Assembly: GCA_964188305.1 (NCBI GenBank)
Contig: OZ076893.1
DNA from: Podarcis bocagei
Taxonomy: Eukaryota
Reading direction: 5' to 3' (one strand)
Length of the DNA stretch: 64,000 bases
Part shown: in pieces, positions 12,316 to 24,480 of the stretch
Position numbering within the stretch: position 1 is the first letter of the stretch
How the letters are laid out: each line of letters starts with the position of its first letter
Position numbers and translations under genes: made by a program
The notes under the pieces: model-generated
Database searches by the model: none
What the model was told of the DNA's origin: nothing
What the model saw: only the letters and a program-made list of their open reading frames with translations

Positions 12316-13034
12316 TCTCAGCAGGCAAAGGCCAGGCGAGGTAAAAGAGATGCATGTTTCTTAATAAGATATCAAGATCCATCCCATCGTCAGACAGAAT
12401 CTTTCCAGGGCAGGTTAGATGATGAAATGCAAATGTTTAAAAGCAACGTAAAAACCAGCCTGATCAATTGTTCAATGTACGAGATGCGCTTTCCCTCCGA
12501 GCGGAGCTCAGAATAACAATGACCTGCTAAATGCAAATCCACAAAATGCAGGCCAGTATATCATCAGAAGACCCCAAGGACACACACACACACAGATCTT
12601 AGGGAAAAGCTATAGCACCCATTTCTTACACAGCTTCTCCCCCCTCAAAAAGTGCGGGTGCCCCTCTGGAGGACCACCCTCTGGAGCTCAGGCCCAAACA
12701 CCTGGCAACTCCACTTTCTTCCAGAGTGACAGCCCCATTTCTCCCAGGAAGCCCTCACAAAGGGCAGGCTGCCCCCCTGCACGCATTTCAGGCTGGGGTG
12801 GTGGTGCGCCTGAGGCCCTCCCAGGCCTCAGCTCAGGCTGCCTCCAGGAAGGGCACAGGATCAGGGCCTGGGAGGAGGAGCCGGCACCTCCAGGGGAGCC
12901 CAACCCCATCCCTGGGGGGTGGCAGCAGGAGGAGAGCCTCCCCTCGCCTCCTTTGGCTCCTGGGGCATCACACTGCCCACCCGCCAGCTGGCAGCATTTA
13001 CCTGGGGCCTGCGGAGCCTGGACCTGCCAGCCAC

Positions 13035-13048
13035 GTTGCCATGGAGAC
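13035..13048 (-). promoter_or_regulatory. RFX X-box at the putative WDR97 promoter / first exon
   Basis: GTCTCCATGGCAAC on the minus strand fits the RFX consensus; GC-rich context; strong donor CAG|GTAAAT ending an exon at 13002. Confidence 0.65.
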
Positions 13049-13894
13049 AGGCGTTCTGTTGACTGGCAGGGCAGGCTGGCCTGGTCCTCGGGGCAGGAAA
13101 CGCAGGCGGGCGCAGGGAGCCCTCGGGGCAGGGCGCTGGGCTTGGCACGCCCAGAGGGGGCGCAATGAGATGCCAGCCGGTCCTCAGGAGGGAACAGAGG
13201 TCCCTGCCTGTCTGCACTTGCATGTTGGCCCAGCTATTTATTCACTTATATATTGTGTTTCTGAAGGGACAGGATACCCAAATCCTGTCTGTGGAATCAC
13301 CCCAGGCTTCAATAATCACCCCAGGCCTCAAAACTGTCTCCTAAAATCCACAGCTACAGCTTTTCTGTGGATTCTCACAAGATGCTGTTCCAAAGGCCAA
13401 ATGTTCTTCTTTTATCAGCACGAGGCGGCTTCAAAAAGCTAATGCATAGGCTCTGTTCAAAGCAGGCCTGAGAACTGAATCTTATCTCATTCTAGTTGCA
13501 AGACCTTTGGACATGCTGAAACGCTTTCATTCCCCTTTTCCTGGGAAGGGTGCCAAGAGTCCACAATAGTCCCAGCATAGGAGCTTTCTGTTCATGCTCA
13601 GAGGAACTCAGGGCAGGACTCCTGAGGGAGGAGAAAGGGGAGGGAACTAGAAGGGGTATATATGCTCTGTGCAAATGACTGTGAACTCGTGCATGTTTTT
13701 TGTGAGTTATCACACTTGCTCCTTCTAGCAGTTCATGGATGGTAGAAATAAAAGCCTTTTCTCCGAAACTATTCCTTGAGTGTCTGTTGACTCCCATTTT
13801 CCCTTTCCCGGGCGCAGTATTTTTCCCACCCGAGGGCAAAGCCTCATAAGGCTACATTTCCACCCCACCTTTTCCTTCAAGGATTCAAGGTGGC

Positions 13895-14166
13895 CCACGG
13901 AGCAATGGATCCAAACTACAAGAAAGAAGATTCCACCTAAACATTAGGAAGAACTTCCTGACAGTAAGAGCTGTTCGACAGTGGAATTTGCTGCCAAGGA
14001 GTGTGGTGGCGTCTCCTTCTTTGTAGGTCTTTAAGCAGAGGCTTGACAACCATATGTCAGGAGTGCTCTGATGGTGTTTCCTGCTTGGCAGGGGGTTGGA
14101 CTCGATGGCCCTTGGGGTCTCTTCCAACTCTAGGATTCTATGATTCTATGATTCTATGATTCTATA
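13895..14166 (+). mobile_element. CR1 LINE 3' end
   Basis: CR1-type 3' sequence ending CCAACTCTAGG(ATTCTATG)n. Confidence 0.9.
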
Positions 14167-14886
14167 TGGGTTTTCTTCCTTCTCATGTTCTCCTCACAAC
14201 AGCCCTACAAAGTAGGCCAGGCTGAGAGGCAGCGACTGGCCTCAAGGTCATGCCCAGCCAGCTTCACGGCGAAGCAGGGATTGGGATGCTGGTCTCGCCC
14301 AATCCTGGTAGGGCGCTCTAACCACTGCCCCACCCTGCAACCCAAGGAGGTCTTTGAGGATGAGATTGCCGTCTCTCACCCCAGCAAGGGGTCAGTTTCC
14401 TCAAGAGCCCCGGAAGAGGGAGTTAGGGGTCTTCCTTCTATGACACCTGGGCACCTTTGGGGAGAGGGTGCAATTCAAAAGGGGGCTCCGTATTGTTAGC
14501 AGAGGAGGAGCTTCTTCTCACGAACGCACCAGGAGCAGGAAGCCAGGCTGTGGCCTCCCAACCAGGCTCTGCCCCCTTCAGTGCCCACCTTTCGGAATGA
14601 GTTATTGAAGGGAAGCAGGAGAGGATGGAGAGACTCGCCTGTGAAGAAAAGCTGCAGCGTCTTGGGGAAGGAAGATTAAGGGGTGACATGACAGAAGTTC
14701 ATGGAGAAAGTTGAGAGAGAGAAGTCCTCTCTCTCACACAACCCTGGAACTTGCAGACATCCCACAAAGCTGAATGTTGGGAGATTCAGAAAGTCCTTCT
14801 TCACACAGCGCAGTTAAACCGTGGAACTCCCTCCCCCAGGAGACAGTGGTGGATGGCTTTGAGAGAGAATTAGGCAAAGGGGTACC

Positions 14887-14887
<1 letters not shown>

Positions 14888-14934
<47 letters not shown>

Positions 14935-15225
14935 TAATAATAATAATTTATTATTTATACCCCGCCCATCTTGCTGAGTTTCCCCAGCCACTCTGGGCAG
15001 CTCCCAATCAAGTGTTAAACACAATGCAGCATTAAGTATTAAAAACTTCCCTAAACAGGGCTGCCTTCAGATGTCTTTAAAATAAGATAGTTGCTTATTT
15101 CCTTGACATCTGATGGGAGGGCCTTCCACAGGGCGGGTGCCACTACCAAGAAGGCCCTCCGCCTGGTTCCCTGTAACCTCACTTCTCGCAATGAGGGAAC
15201 CGCCAGAAGGCCCTCAGCGCTGGAT
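14888..15225 (-). mobile_element. L2-derived 3' fragment with expanded (AAT)n tail
   Basis: (AAT)n followed by TTTATACCCCGCCCATC...CCCCAGCCACTCTGGG...CAGGGCTGCCTTCAGATG. Same family at about 19550-19815, 40720-40910, 57655-57880 and 59480-60345; opposite orientation at about 4130-4240 and 21290-21385. Confidence 0.7.
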
Positions 15226-16305
15226 CCCAATGGCTACCAGCCCGAGTGATTCTGCTCTGCCTCCATGGTGGCTCTGCTCTGCACTCCCTGTTCGTTGCGA
15301 GGAATCAATGCTTCCAAAAAACTGCTGCTGGAAACCTGGGTGCTGGCACCCTAGAAACCCCAGCCAGCTCTCCCTTGCAGGGCAACAGCACAAAGCGTAG
15401 GCTAAGGGCCGTGAGCCGCACAGCACTGGCACCAGATCAAGCAGCTGCCCATGGTCTGTGTCCCCAGTGACTTCCTGGAACCAGCAGGAAGAGGAAAAGG
15501 ATGAGCAGGAAGCATTCAGGTGCCACAGGTGACCCCATGCCAGGGCAAACTTTTAAGGAATATTGTGGGACTTCTGTTGGGAAGGGGAATACTGACCAGG
15601 ACGGACACTTGAACCCAGCAGCTGAAACTGAGGCAGGCCCAGTTGAATGCCATTAGCCTTCCCTACCACAAGGAGTCAGAAGAATATAAAATTGCCAGCA
15701 TCCTTTCCTCACAGTGGCTGACCAGATGTCCTTTATTTTCCTTCCTTTATACACCACCTTTATCTTCCAAGGATCTCAAGGCGGCCTGCATGGTTCTCCT
15801 CTCCATTTCATCCTCATAACCACCCTGTGAGGGAGGTTAGGGCTTTTTTGAGAGAGCCCAGCAGGCACTAGAGTTTGTTACACAGTCTCTTTACCTGCCT
15901 GCATTTGTTTTGGGGCAGGAAACATACGGGAGGACGAGGGCAATGTTAATTGGTTGATAATGATTTATGTAGAAAGGTGGGGAGAACATATTATAAATAA
16001 AGGTTGAAATCAAGCTCAGGCTTAGCGCGCAGTCCCCCAGATTACTCCCCCCCCCCAGCACTTGGTGGAGCTGCCCCCATGTCCCACAAATTAAGGCAGA
16101 CCTGGTCTGAAATGCTTGCAGTGCTGCAACTTTGCCCCCTTCTCAGATGTCAGTGGAGAAACAGGAACTTCAGAAGTGAAGAAGCCGATGGAAAACATTG
16201 AGAGTCACCACTGGCAACATCTCTCCCACCCAGTTGGCACCAGTGGATGGAAGCAATCCAAAGCAGAGGGTCTTTAGCCAGAATCCAATTTTGGCACAGG
16301 CTAAC

Positions 16306-16655
16306 ATGGCCATGGTCTAAACCACTGAGCCTCTTGGGCTTGCCGATCAGAAGGTCGGCAGTTCGAATCCCCACAAGGGGTGAGCTCCCCTTGCTCTGTC
16401 CCTGCTCCTGTCAACCTAGCAGTTCAAAAGCACATCAAAGTGCAAGTAGATCAATAGGTACCGCTCCAGCGGGAAGGTAAATGGCGTTTCCGTTTGCTGC
16501 TCTGGTTTCGCCAGAAGTGGCTCAGTCATGCTGGCCACATGACCCGGAAAAACTGTCTGCGGACAAACGCCGGCTCCCTTGGCCTGTAAAGCGAGATGAA
16601 CACCACAACCCCAGTCGTTCGCAACTGGACTGAACTGCCAGGGGTCCTTTGCCTT
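16306..16655 (+). mobile_element. Sauria-type SINE
   Basis: Clear similarity to 10987-11336. Confidence 0.8.
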
Positions 16656-18904
16656 TTCTCTAAACACTGGCTTCCTGGGTGTGGTCTTGCAGGTTCCTCC
16701 TGAAGACGGGGCCTCCAGCTCTGGCCTGAGGCTGCTCCTCCCCCAGTAACCCCATGCAGTGGAGGCGAGGGGGGCAAGCTTCAGATTACACAGACACCCC
16801 CCTTGTTGAGACTTTCTTGTCCCAGCAGGCATTTTAAGGAAGTGTTCTGGTTTATGATACTTTTATTACTTCAATGTCTATATGGTTTTTAGACACCACT
16901 TAGAAATGCTACTGATTAAATGGTATATAACTGTCTTAAATAAATAACACACACACAAACACACATTCAAACCAGTTAGATTGAAAGCTTGACTGTCTAG
17001 GCTCAGTGAAGATACAACTGCCCCACGTCCCTCTACCAAGGTGTGAGCCAGGACTGGCTGACCTTTGCATGTTGCTGGCAGGCTGGAGGAAGAGGCCTCA
17101 GAGTACTGGCGCATGTGGATGATGTCACCACCCCCCAACCCGTGAGCCACACTGTGGTCTAGACCCAGACCCCTGACGTTGGGCCAGTTCAGGGGCAAGA
17201 GTGCCATTTCTCAATCCTCCAGAACTACCCTCTGTCTGTCCACACATGCAATTCACCACTGGGATATCAAGGCAGACTTACCAGGGACAGGGAGAGAATT
17301 CTAGAAATCATTTTGCTCTGTTGTTCTTTGCCTGCCCCAAAGAGAGCGAAAGAGGCTGGGCCAGAAATGCAAGAGCAATCCTGAAGGATGAGGCTGACCC
17401 ACAGAAGCGCACAACACCCCACCTGTTGCGCTCACAGCTACAGCTTCCCGGGAACAAATAAGTTCTGAGAGGACTGTGGGGGGCAGTCACAGAGCAGGCC
17501 CTTCCCTCTGGCACCCTCTCCCCCTAGCCGGATGCTCCTTCGAGGAAACAGAACGATGTCAAGTCTCAGGGAGAAAAATGTTTATAACTGCAACAATAAA
17601 ATTGCTAGGCAACAGAATTAAACAGGAGGTGGCAAACAAGCCAGTGGATCTAAAGGGAAAGAGGCCAAGGGGTGCTCCAAAATCACTTGCTGCCTAGCAC
17701 AGGGGCAAGGGAAGCAGCGGGAAGCAGCAGCGGGGAAGCCTCAAGGGGACCAACGGCAGGCTACTTCTCAAGCCAACCTTTTTTCTGGGGGGGGGGGGAG
17801 GCAAACAGGGGACCAGGCCTGTTGTTCTTGGCAGGTTGCTCCAAATGGTGGGCCTGGAGTGATTTTGCCCAGATGAGAAGCCAAGGGATAGAGGCCCCTA
17901 CAGCCATAGCCCTCTGGAATCAGATCACAAGACTGCAGAAAAGACGGCAAGACACCCCCTGCGCCCCCGGAGGGAATCCAAGTCAGTGCAAGAAAAAGGG
18001 GGGAGCGAGAAAGGGGGGCACTTTCACAGCCCCATAGTATGGTGGCAAGGGCATGAGAGCAGCCCCCTTCTGCTCTGCCAGCACCAATGTTCGTTCCTTC
18101 AGCTCTTGAGCAGAGGAGGTACCAAGCGCTCCCTCCTACCAACCCAGAAATGAGTCCGTTGGGCTACAGAGTGGAGCCTGAAAGGAGGAAGAGGTGGGCA
18201 TCAAGTGGAAGGAGGCTGGCATTGGAAAGGGTCAGGGAGGGTGGACGGGGGAGACATGAGCACAGAGGTTTGGGCTGGAATATAAAAATAAAACTCTATG
18301 AGCCCTTGGGGGAAAGCAAAGCAGCCAAGCCACCAAGGTGCCCAACCCCTGACTTCTGCCAGTCCAGGACACTCGGCACCAATGTCTTTTGCAGTCAAAA
18401 ACAAAGGAGGGGAAGATGCCATCCTCAGGAAATCCAGCTTCTGCATGTTGTGCAGTCTTTAGCAGGTTGTAGCATCTGGAAGTCAGCAGAAAGGGGCCAC
18501 AGACACTTGAAACTGACGGACAAATCTCCAGGGAGGGTCAGTCTGAGAAGGTCCAGCGTCCTGAGGATAGAGAGGCACAGCCCCAAACCCAGACAGGGGC
18601 AGTCTCTCCACCATGGTGGCTGCAGCTGCGGCTGCAGATGAACGGAGGGCATTTGCTCTGACACCACTTGGAACAGAAAAGTGCTTCTTGGGGACCGGAC
18701 AAAGTTTCCAGTGCTGCAGGGGTGCCAAAGCCTGCAGGCGGGCAAAGGGACTGGCTGGCAGCATCCTTGGGAGTCTGGAGGCACCAGCTGGTCAGGCAGC
18801 ATCCACAGGGCCAATAGGCAGAGCAACACGACGATGCCGGGCTAGTCTGGGGGAACACGCTGGAGGAGCCGTCTTCAGAGGGGGCGCAAAAAGAGCCCAA
18901 GAAG

Positions 18905-21825
18905 TCACATGCAGATCACTTGTCTCCTGCAGACAGGAAAGGAGGTCCTCAGCACCCCACGGCCTTTGTCTCCAGCCACAGGGAGAAGCAAAGCCCACCC
19001 AGCACCTCCCTCCCAGGAGGGGCCACCAGCTGAGCTGCAGGCCACACAGAAGTTGCTGCTGTCCCCAGCTGGGACCCTTAGCCTTTTCCAGCTCTGGCAA
19101 ACTCCAGTGGGGGGAGCAGGCCCACAGGGGCTTCTGACCCCAAGCCCCCTCACCTATCCTCCTCAATGCTGGCCCCGTCCTCGTCGCGGGGGCCGGTCGC
19201 CTCCTCCTCCTCCGCATCATCCTCGCTCAGATCCATGTTCAGCTCATTTCCCGCTTCGGGGTGAGGGTATGTGGAGCCACTGCAGAAAGAGAAGCCCACC
19301 ACATTATGTCTCCCAAGGCCTCAAGCTGCCCTTTGGACCAGGAAGGGGACCCAGGGAGCAGGGGGTGGGGAGGCCTCAAAACCTGCCACTTTGGCAGGGA
19401 CCCTGACCTGATGGAACGGCAGGTGAAAAAGACAATCCGCTTCAACCGCTTGTTGTAGAAGAAGTAGTTGAAGGACCACAGGCTGCCCTCTTCTCCGAAG
19501 GGGTCTGAGTCCAGGTCCGGGTTGTAGCTACATTGGCAGAAAAAGCGGAATAATAATAATAATAATGATAATTTGTTATTTATACCCCGCCCATCTGGCG
19601 GGTTTCCCTAGCCACCCGGGCAGCTCCCAACAGAATATTAAAAATGCAATAAAACATTGCTCCTCTCGATGACACCTGCTACTCGTCTGTCGTGATTTCA
19701 TTCCAACAATGTTAAAAACTTCCTTAAAGAGGGCTGCCTTCAGATGCCTTCTAAAAGACAGCTAGTTGTTTATTTCCTTGACATCTGATGTGAGGGTGTT
19801 CCACAGGGCAGGCTGCTAGCAAAGCAGCACCCACCCACCCCTTGGTGCCTGAGAGCAGCACTGGGAGCCCACCTGTAGATGTCACACTCCGAGAGGCAGA
19901 TCTCCTGGTCCACAGCGTCCCACAGGTGGGGCTTCAGGGCGCTGAAATCCTCCCGCACAGCAGAAAAGAGGCTGCAGTTCACAGCGTTCACCACCTGAAA
20001 CAGACCCAGAGGGGAGCTTGGTGAGGGCCTGGTGCTGCAAAGAGGGAGGGGGTGCATGTGTACGTTTGGCCCCCACCATCCCTGCACTGTCCCCAGGTGG
20101 CTACAGCATGGCCCTGCAGCAGCTCAAGCGTGGGAGGCTTCAGGTAGACAGAACGGATGCAGCTCCTCCCAGTCCTAGACCAGGTGAAGGGGCCAGGGAA
20201 GCCCCAGCCTTGAGCTGGACTGCAGAGGGGCATCCTCCAAGAGATAGACAGGTGGGGCCTGTCCAGGACAGCAGATGCAGGTTCCAGCGGGAGAGCTGGG
20301 TGGGATCCAGGGGCATCCAAGCTGGAAAAGGGACCAGGTATGCCAACGGGTTGGCCTGATCCATCCCATACAGGTAACCTTTCCATCAGTCTGCAAAAAT
20401 CCTAGGAGGCAGGAAGCAGGTCCTCAGTAGCACCACCAACCGCAGGGAGGGGTTTCATGCCAGGCGGATGTTTCCCCACCCCAAGCATCTCAGGGGCAAA
20501 CAATGCCCCTTTCTCTGTGGGAAGAGGGCAAAGAATGGGAGGGAGATGGAGCCCTTGGGTCAACGTGAAGGAAATCCTGCTCCACCTTCTCTAGAGGCCA
20601 CTCCCTGGGACCCTGGCACTTTTCAATGCAGTGTGTGTGTGGGGGGGGAGGTGGAGAAGAATTGGAAGGCATCCATGCAAAAAGCAGTGCTGGAGAACTG
20701 CTATCACATGTGGGGCTGTGAGACCCGGGATGACAAGGAGGGCCAAGAGATCTGCTGACTTGTGTGGGGCCTGAAGGCCAGATTATCATAGCAGGGTGGG
20801 GGCTTACCCAGTTGAGACTTGGCTCCCGGCTGAATTCGTGGCTCTTGGCAGCGCTGAAGTCGTAGTCAGGACGGAAGGACTCGTTGAGGGTGGCTATCAG
20901 GTAGAAGAGGGTCTTGCGGCTGCATTTGTCACTGAGGGGGCCCTCCTCATCGCCACTTTGGCTCTTGCTGAGCCTAGCGCACAAGGGACAGGATGTGGTC
21001 AGTTACCTCCACCTGGAGGAAGCCGTGGGCATCAGGCCGTGGCCTTGGAATCTGCCATGTACTTTTCCCAGTGCTAAGGTGCAGGAAGATCTGGGCTGTG
21101 CGGAATCATCTTGACACAACAGCCTCAAAGCACCAGCTGAGAAAGGGCAGGGCCTGGGATGCTCCGGAGAACAGCAGCAGCATTTCATGTAGCATTAAAC
21201 CAAGAATGGGGGACTCCAGTGTTACTGGACTCCCAACTCCCATCGGCCCCAGCAAGCCGAGAACAGGAAGTTCTGAGTTCCCCCGGCAATATTTTTAATA
21301 TTTTATTGGAAGCCACCCAGAGTGGCTGGGGAAACCCAGCCAGGTGGGTGGGATATAAACAAACAACAACAACAACAATAATTATATGGTGAGGCTCTCC
21401 TGGCTTACAGAACTCTCATCCAGCCCACCGACCTGCAAGGCCAAGTGAAGCTGGTGATGATGAGCCAGCTGTGCCTCGTCTGTGTGGGGCGAGGAAGAGA
21501 CAGCGCATACCTGCTGGGGCTGATCCCGGTGGTTTGAGGTGGGGACAAGGCCTCAAGCACGTGGGGCTGCCCTTCCTGGCAGAACTGCTTGAAGAGGTGC
21601 TTGTCGTCCCCGGCCATCTTGCAAGAGTAGCTCTCAATCCTGAGGGAAGACAGGCAAGACTCAGCTGGAGGGGAGGTGGGGGTGGATCTCAGTTTGGAGA
21701 GGCACCCTGGGGGGCCAGTTCAGGAGCTGCCTTGCCACTCACCTGCCAATGATGTGTGCATCTCCCGTTTCCACCGTCAGCTGGGAGTTTAGGGCTTCAA
21801 AACTTGAGTTTTCCAACAGCTTCAT
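18905..21825 (-). CDS. MAF1: Repressor of RNA polymerase III transcription MAF1 (255 aa)
   Basis: Exons 21825-21743 ([11 protein letters not shown]), 21639-21511, 20973-20808 ([20 protein letters not shown]), 19994-19873, 19527-19408 ([19 protein letters not shown]), 19279-19154 (acidic tail), 18926-18905 (RQVICM*). All GT-AG and in phase; 768 nt. Confidence 0.97.
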
Positions 21826-22599
21826 TTTTTGTACCTCCTGGCGCTGGACTAAATTCTCAGTATTACTGCTTCAAGGTTGGAACTTCCTGGCAGTGACAGA
21901 GAGAGAAGGGCCTGTTAATTGACACCTCGGAAGACGTTGGGCTCTGCTGCTGCCCACCCACAAGGGGACACTATACTCAAAGCATATCAAAAAAGCAAAC
22001 AAGGAAGAAGGCCGGCACTGGCTCTGGAAGACCAGCAAGGCAGGGATGCAGATGACACCCCCCCCCCCAGCTCTAGTCAGCACCCGTGAAATACTTCAGT
22101 GGAAAAGGGGAGAGATTTGTGATATCCAAGCCTTGACATCTCCCATCTTGACCTCAACTCCCAAAATGCTACCCAACCATAATTCCATGCACTCAGTTGC
22201 ACTTGGCCTCCAGATCTACGTTAACTAAAGTAACAGTCTCTGTGTGGGAAATTCTCTGAGGAGAATCGTGAGGTTAAGAAGAAAGCGGATGTGGTGCAGG
22301 CGGATGTAAGAGCACTAAAAGAGAAGAGAGAAAAGTTACGTGATCAAATGGTGATCCTAGAAATGTGTCCAAAGAATCCTCCTGGAGATTTCGTGGGGTC
22401 TTTGCTGTTCTGATTTTCTAAGGGAGATGTGATCACGAGAAACGTTCTCGGGGGCTAGCGAGCATTTGCTTTGCTCTCCCCGTGGAGGCTCATGCATAGC
22501 CTGGGTGAGAGGCAAACACGGGTCCTGAAGTCACGTCTGGCTGGGATGGAAAGAGGAGGCGCAGGAGGAGGGGGGAGTTGGAAGGGACCCCAGAGTCAT

Positions 22600-23570
22600 C
22601 TAGCGCAGGAATCAGAAGACCGGCCAGGCCCCCCGAGGAGCTTCGGGGGCTTCAGCCTTGGGGGCGGGAGGGAAGAGGATGAGCGTCAAAGACCCAGAGC
22701 AGATGGGGGGGGGCGGACTCCAACTCCCCGCCGCCCCCGAAGGAGACGGGCCTCCAACTCCGCTTCCCGCCCTGCCCCGCCCTCCCTTCCCCAGGCCGGG
22801 CCTCCGAAAGACTCGGCTTCCCATGATGCCCCGCGGCACCCAGGACGGCGCCCGCCGAGGCGGCCCCCGCGCGGGGCATGCCGGGAAGCGCAGTCCCGCC
22901 CCTCAAGGCCCCGGGCCCCGTTACCCACCTGCCCCGGGCGGGGTCCCGTTACTCCTCCTTCAGGGGCTGCGCGCCGTCGAGCAGCGCAGGCCGCGGGGGG
23001 AACTCGAAGCGGGCGTGGCCGCCTCAGCCGCCGTCGCCTCAGCCGCCGCCTGGGCCCGTCTCCGCCCGGCGGCCCTCAGGGGCCCCGCAGACCCGGCCAT
23101 GGCCCCGCTTGCTCGGCACGACGAGGCCGCTAGTCGAGCGCCCGGCGCGGAGTCGCTTTCCCGGCCGCCCTTCTTCCTCCTTTCCTGTCAGGCGAAGCGA
23201 CCCACTTGACTCTTCGGGCTTCGAGCAGAGGACGACAACAAGAGCGAGCGGCCCCGCCCCGCGCGGGCAGCCATTGGGCGCCAGCCAGGTCCGCCATCTC
23301 CATTGGAGGAAACGGGTGCCCATCACTCGAGCTGACGCATCCCAGTGGCTCCCCTGCACGCTAATCAACGGCCTGTGTCCAGCCCCACCCGCTGGGATAG
23401 AGCCGGGCTCTCATTGGCGCCCGCCTCCAGGCGCTGTCGAGCCGAGCGGGGAACAAAGAAGGGGCGGGGCAGCTGTCACTCAACGGGAAGGGCCACGCCC
23501 CTTTCCCAGAGGGCGGGGGAGGGCGCTCGTGTCCAGCTGCGGAATCGGGACCCGCTTCGCCCAGGAAGCC
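22600..23570 (-). promoter_or_regulatory. CpG island: MAF1 promoter and non-coding first exon
   Basis: Very high GC and CpG; donor GCAG|GTGGGT near 22929; CCAAT boxes (ATTGG at about 23273, 23302, 23414) and GC boxes. Confidence 0.8.
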
Positions 23571-23702
23571 GCAATTCTTTTCCTTCGGGGAAGGCCAAGC
23601 ATTTCAGGCAGTCTTTTAAAAGACCAGCATATTTCATTTCAAAAATTGCCCGCTGCTTTTTCCATATCAAGCAGCCACAAGAAAGATGCTAATAATTTAA
23701 GA

Positions 23703-23948
23703 GAGCCAGTGTGGTGTAGTGGTTAAGAGCGGTAGTCACGTAATCTGGGGAACCGGGTTCGTGTCTCCGCTCCTCCACATGCAGCTGCTGGGTGACCTTG
23801 GGCCAGTCACACTTCTGTGAAGTCTCTCAGCCCCACTCACCTCACAGAGTGTCTGTTGTGGGGGAGGAAGGGAAAGGAGAATGTTAGCCGCTTTGAGACT
23901 CCTGAAGGGGAGTGAAAGGCGGGATATCAAATCCAAACTCTTCTTCTT
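23703..23948 (+). mobile_element. tRNA-derived SINE (Squam/CORE-like)
   Basis: A box GTGGTGTAGTGG, B box GGTTCGTGTCTCC, CORE-like GGTGACCTTGGGCCAGTCAC and (CTT)n tail. Confidence 0.75.
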
Positions 23949-24004
23949 AAAACCTACCTAGGATATATCCGCAGCAAAACCAGCGCAAATTCATTGAAAG
24001 GAAT

Positions 24005-24480
24005 GTTGTTGTTGTTGTTATTTAGTCGTTTAGTCGTGTCCGCCTCTTCGCGACCCCCTGGACCAGAGCACGCCAGGCACTCCTGTCTTCCACTGCCTCC
24101 CGCAATTTGGTCAAACTCATGCTGGTAGCTTCGAGAACACTGTCCCACCATCTCGTCCTCCTTTGTCCCCTTCTCCTTGTGCCCTCCATCTTTCCCAACA
24201 TCAGGGTCTTGTCCAGGGAGTCTTCTCTTCTCATGAGGTGGCCAAAGTCTTGGAGCCTCAGCTTCATGATCTGTCCTTCCAGTGAGCACTCAGGGCTGGT
24301 TTCCTCCGGAATGGATCAGTTTGATCTTCTTGCAGTCCATGGGACTCTCAAGAGTCTCCTGCAGCACCAGAATTCAAAAGCATCAATTCTTCCGTGATCA
24401 GCCTTCTTTATGGTCCAGCTCTCACTTCCGTACATCACTACTGGGAAAACCAGAGATTTAACTATACGGACCTTTGTTGG
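24005..24480 (-). mobile_element. BovB (RTE) LINE 3' fragment
   Basis: Minus-strand peptides VFPVVMYGSESWTIKKAD and FGHLMRREDSLDKTLMLGKMEG; (CAA)n tail. Confidence 0.9.

Noticed and set aside
14734-15024. Poly-Ile, poly-Asn or poly-Leu ORFs (also about 38840-39311, 46764-47114, 57363-57802)
   Set aside because: Translations of (AAT)n microsatellites; the only real coding parts are where these ORFs overlap exons already listed.
22471-23726. Long Pro/Arg/Gly/Ala-rich ORFs in CpG islands (also 26424-27438, 48111-49249, 61245-62353)
   Set aside because: Expected from stop-codon scarcity at very high GC; they overlap in several frames and show no domain signature.
23703-23780. tRNA gene
   Set aside because: The A and B boxes belong to a SINE head that continues into CORE-like and tail sequence; no full cloverleaf.
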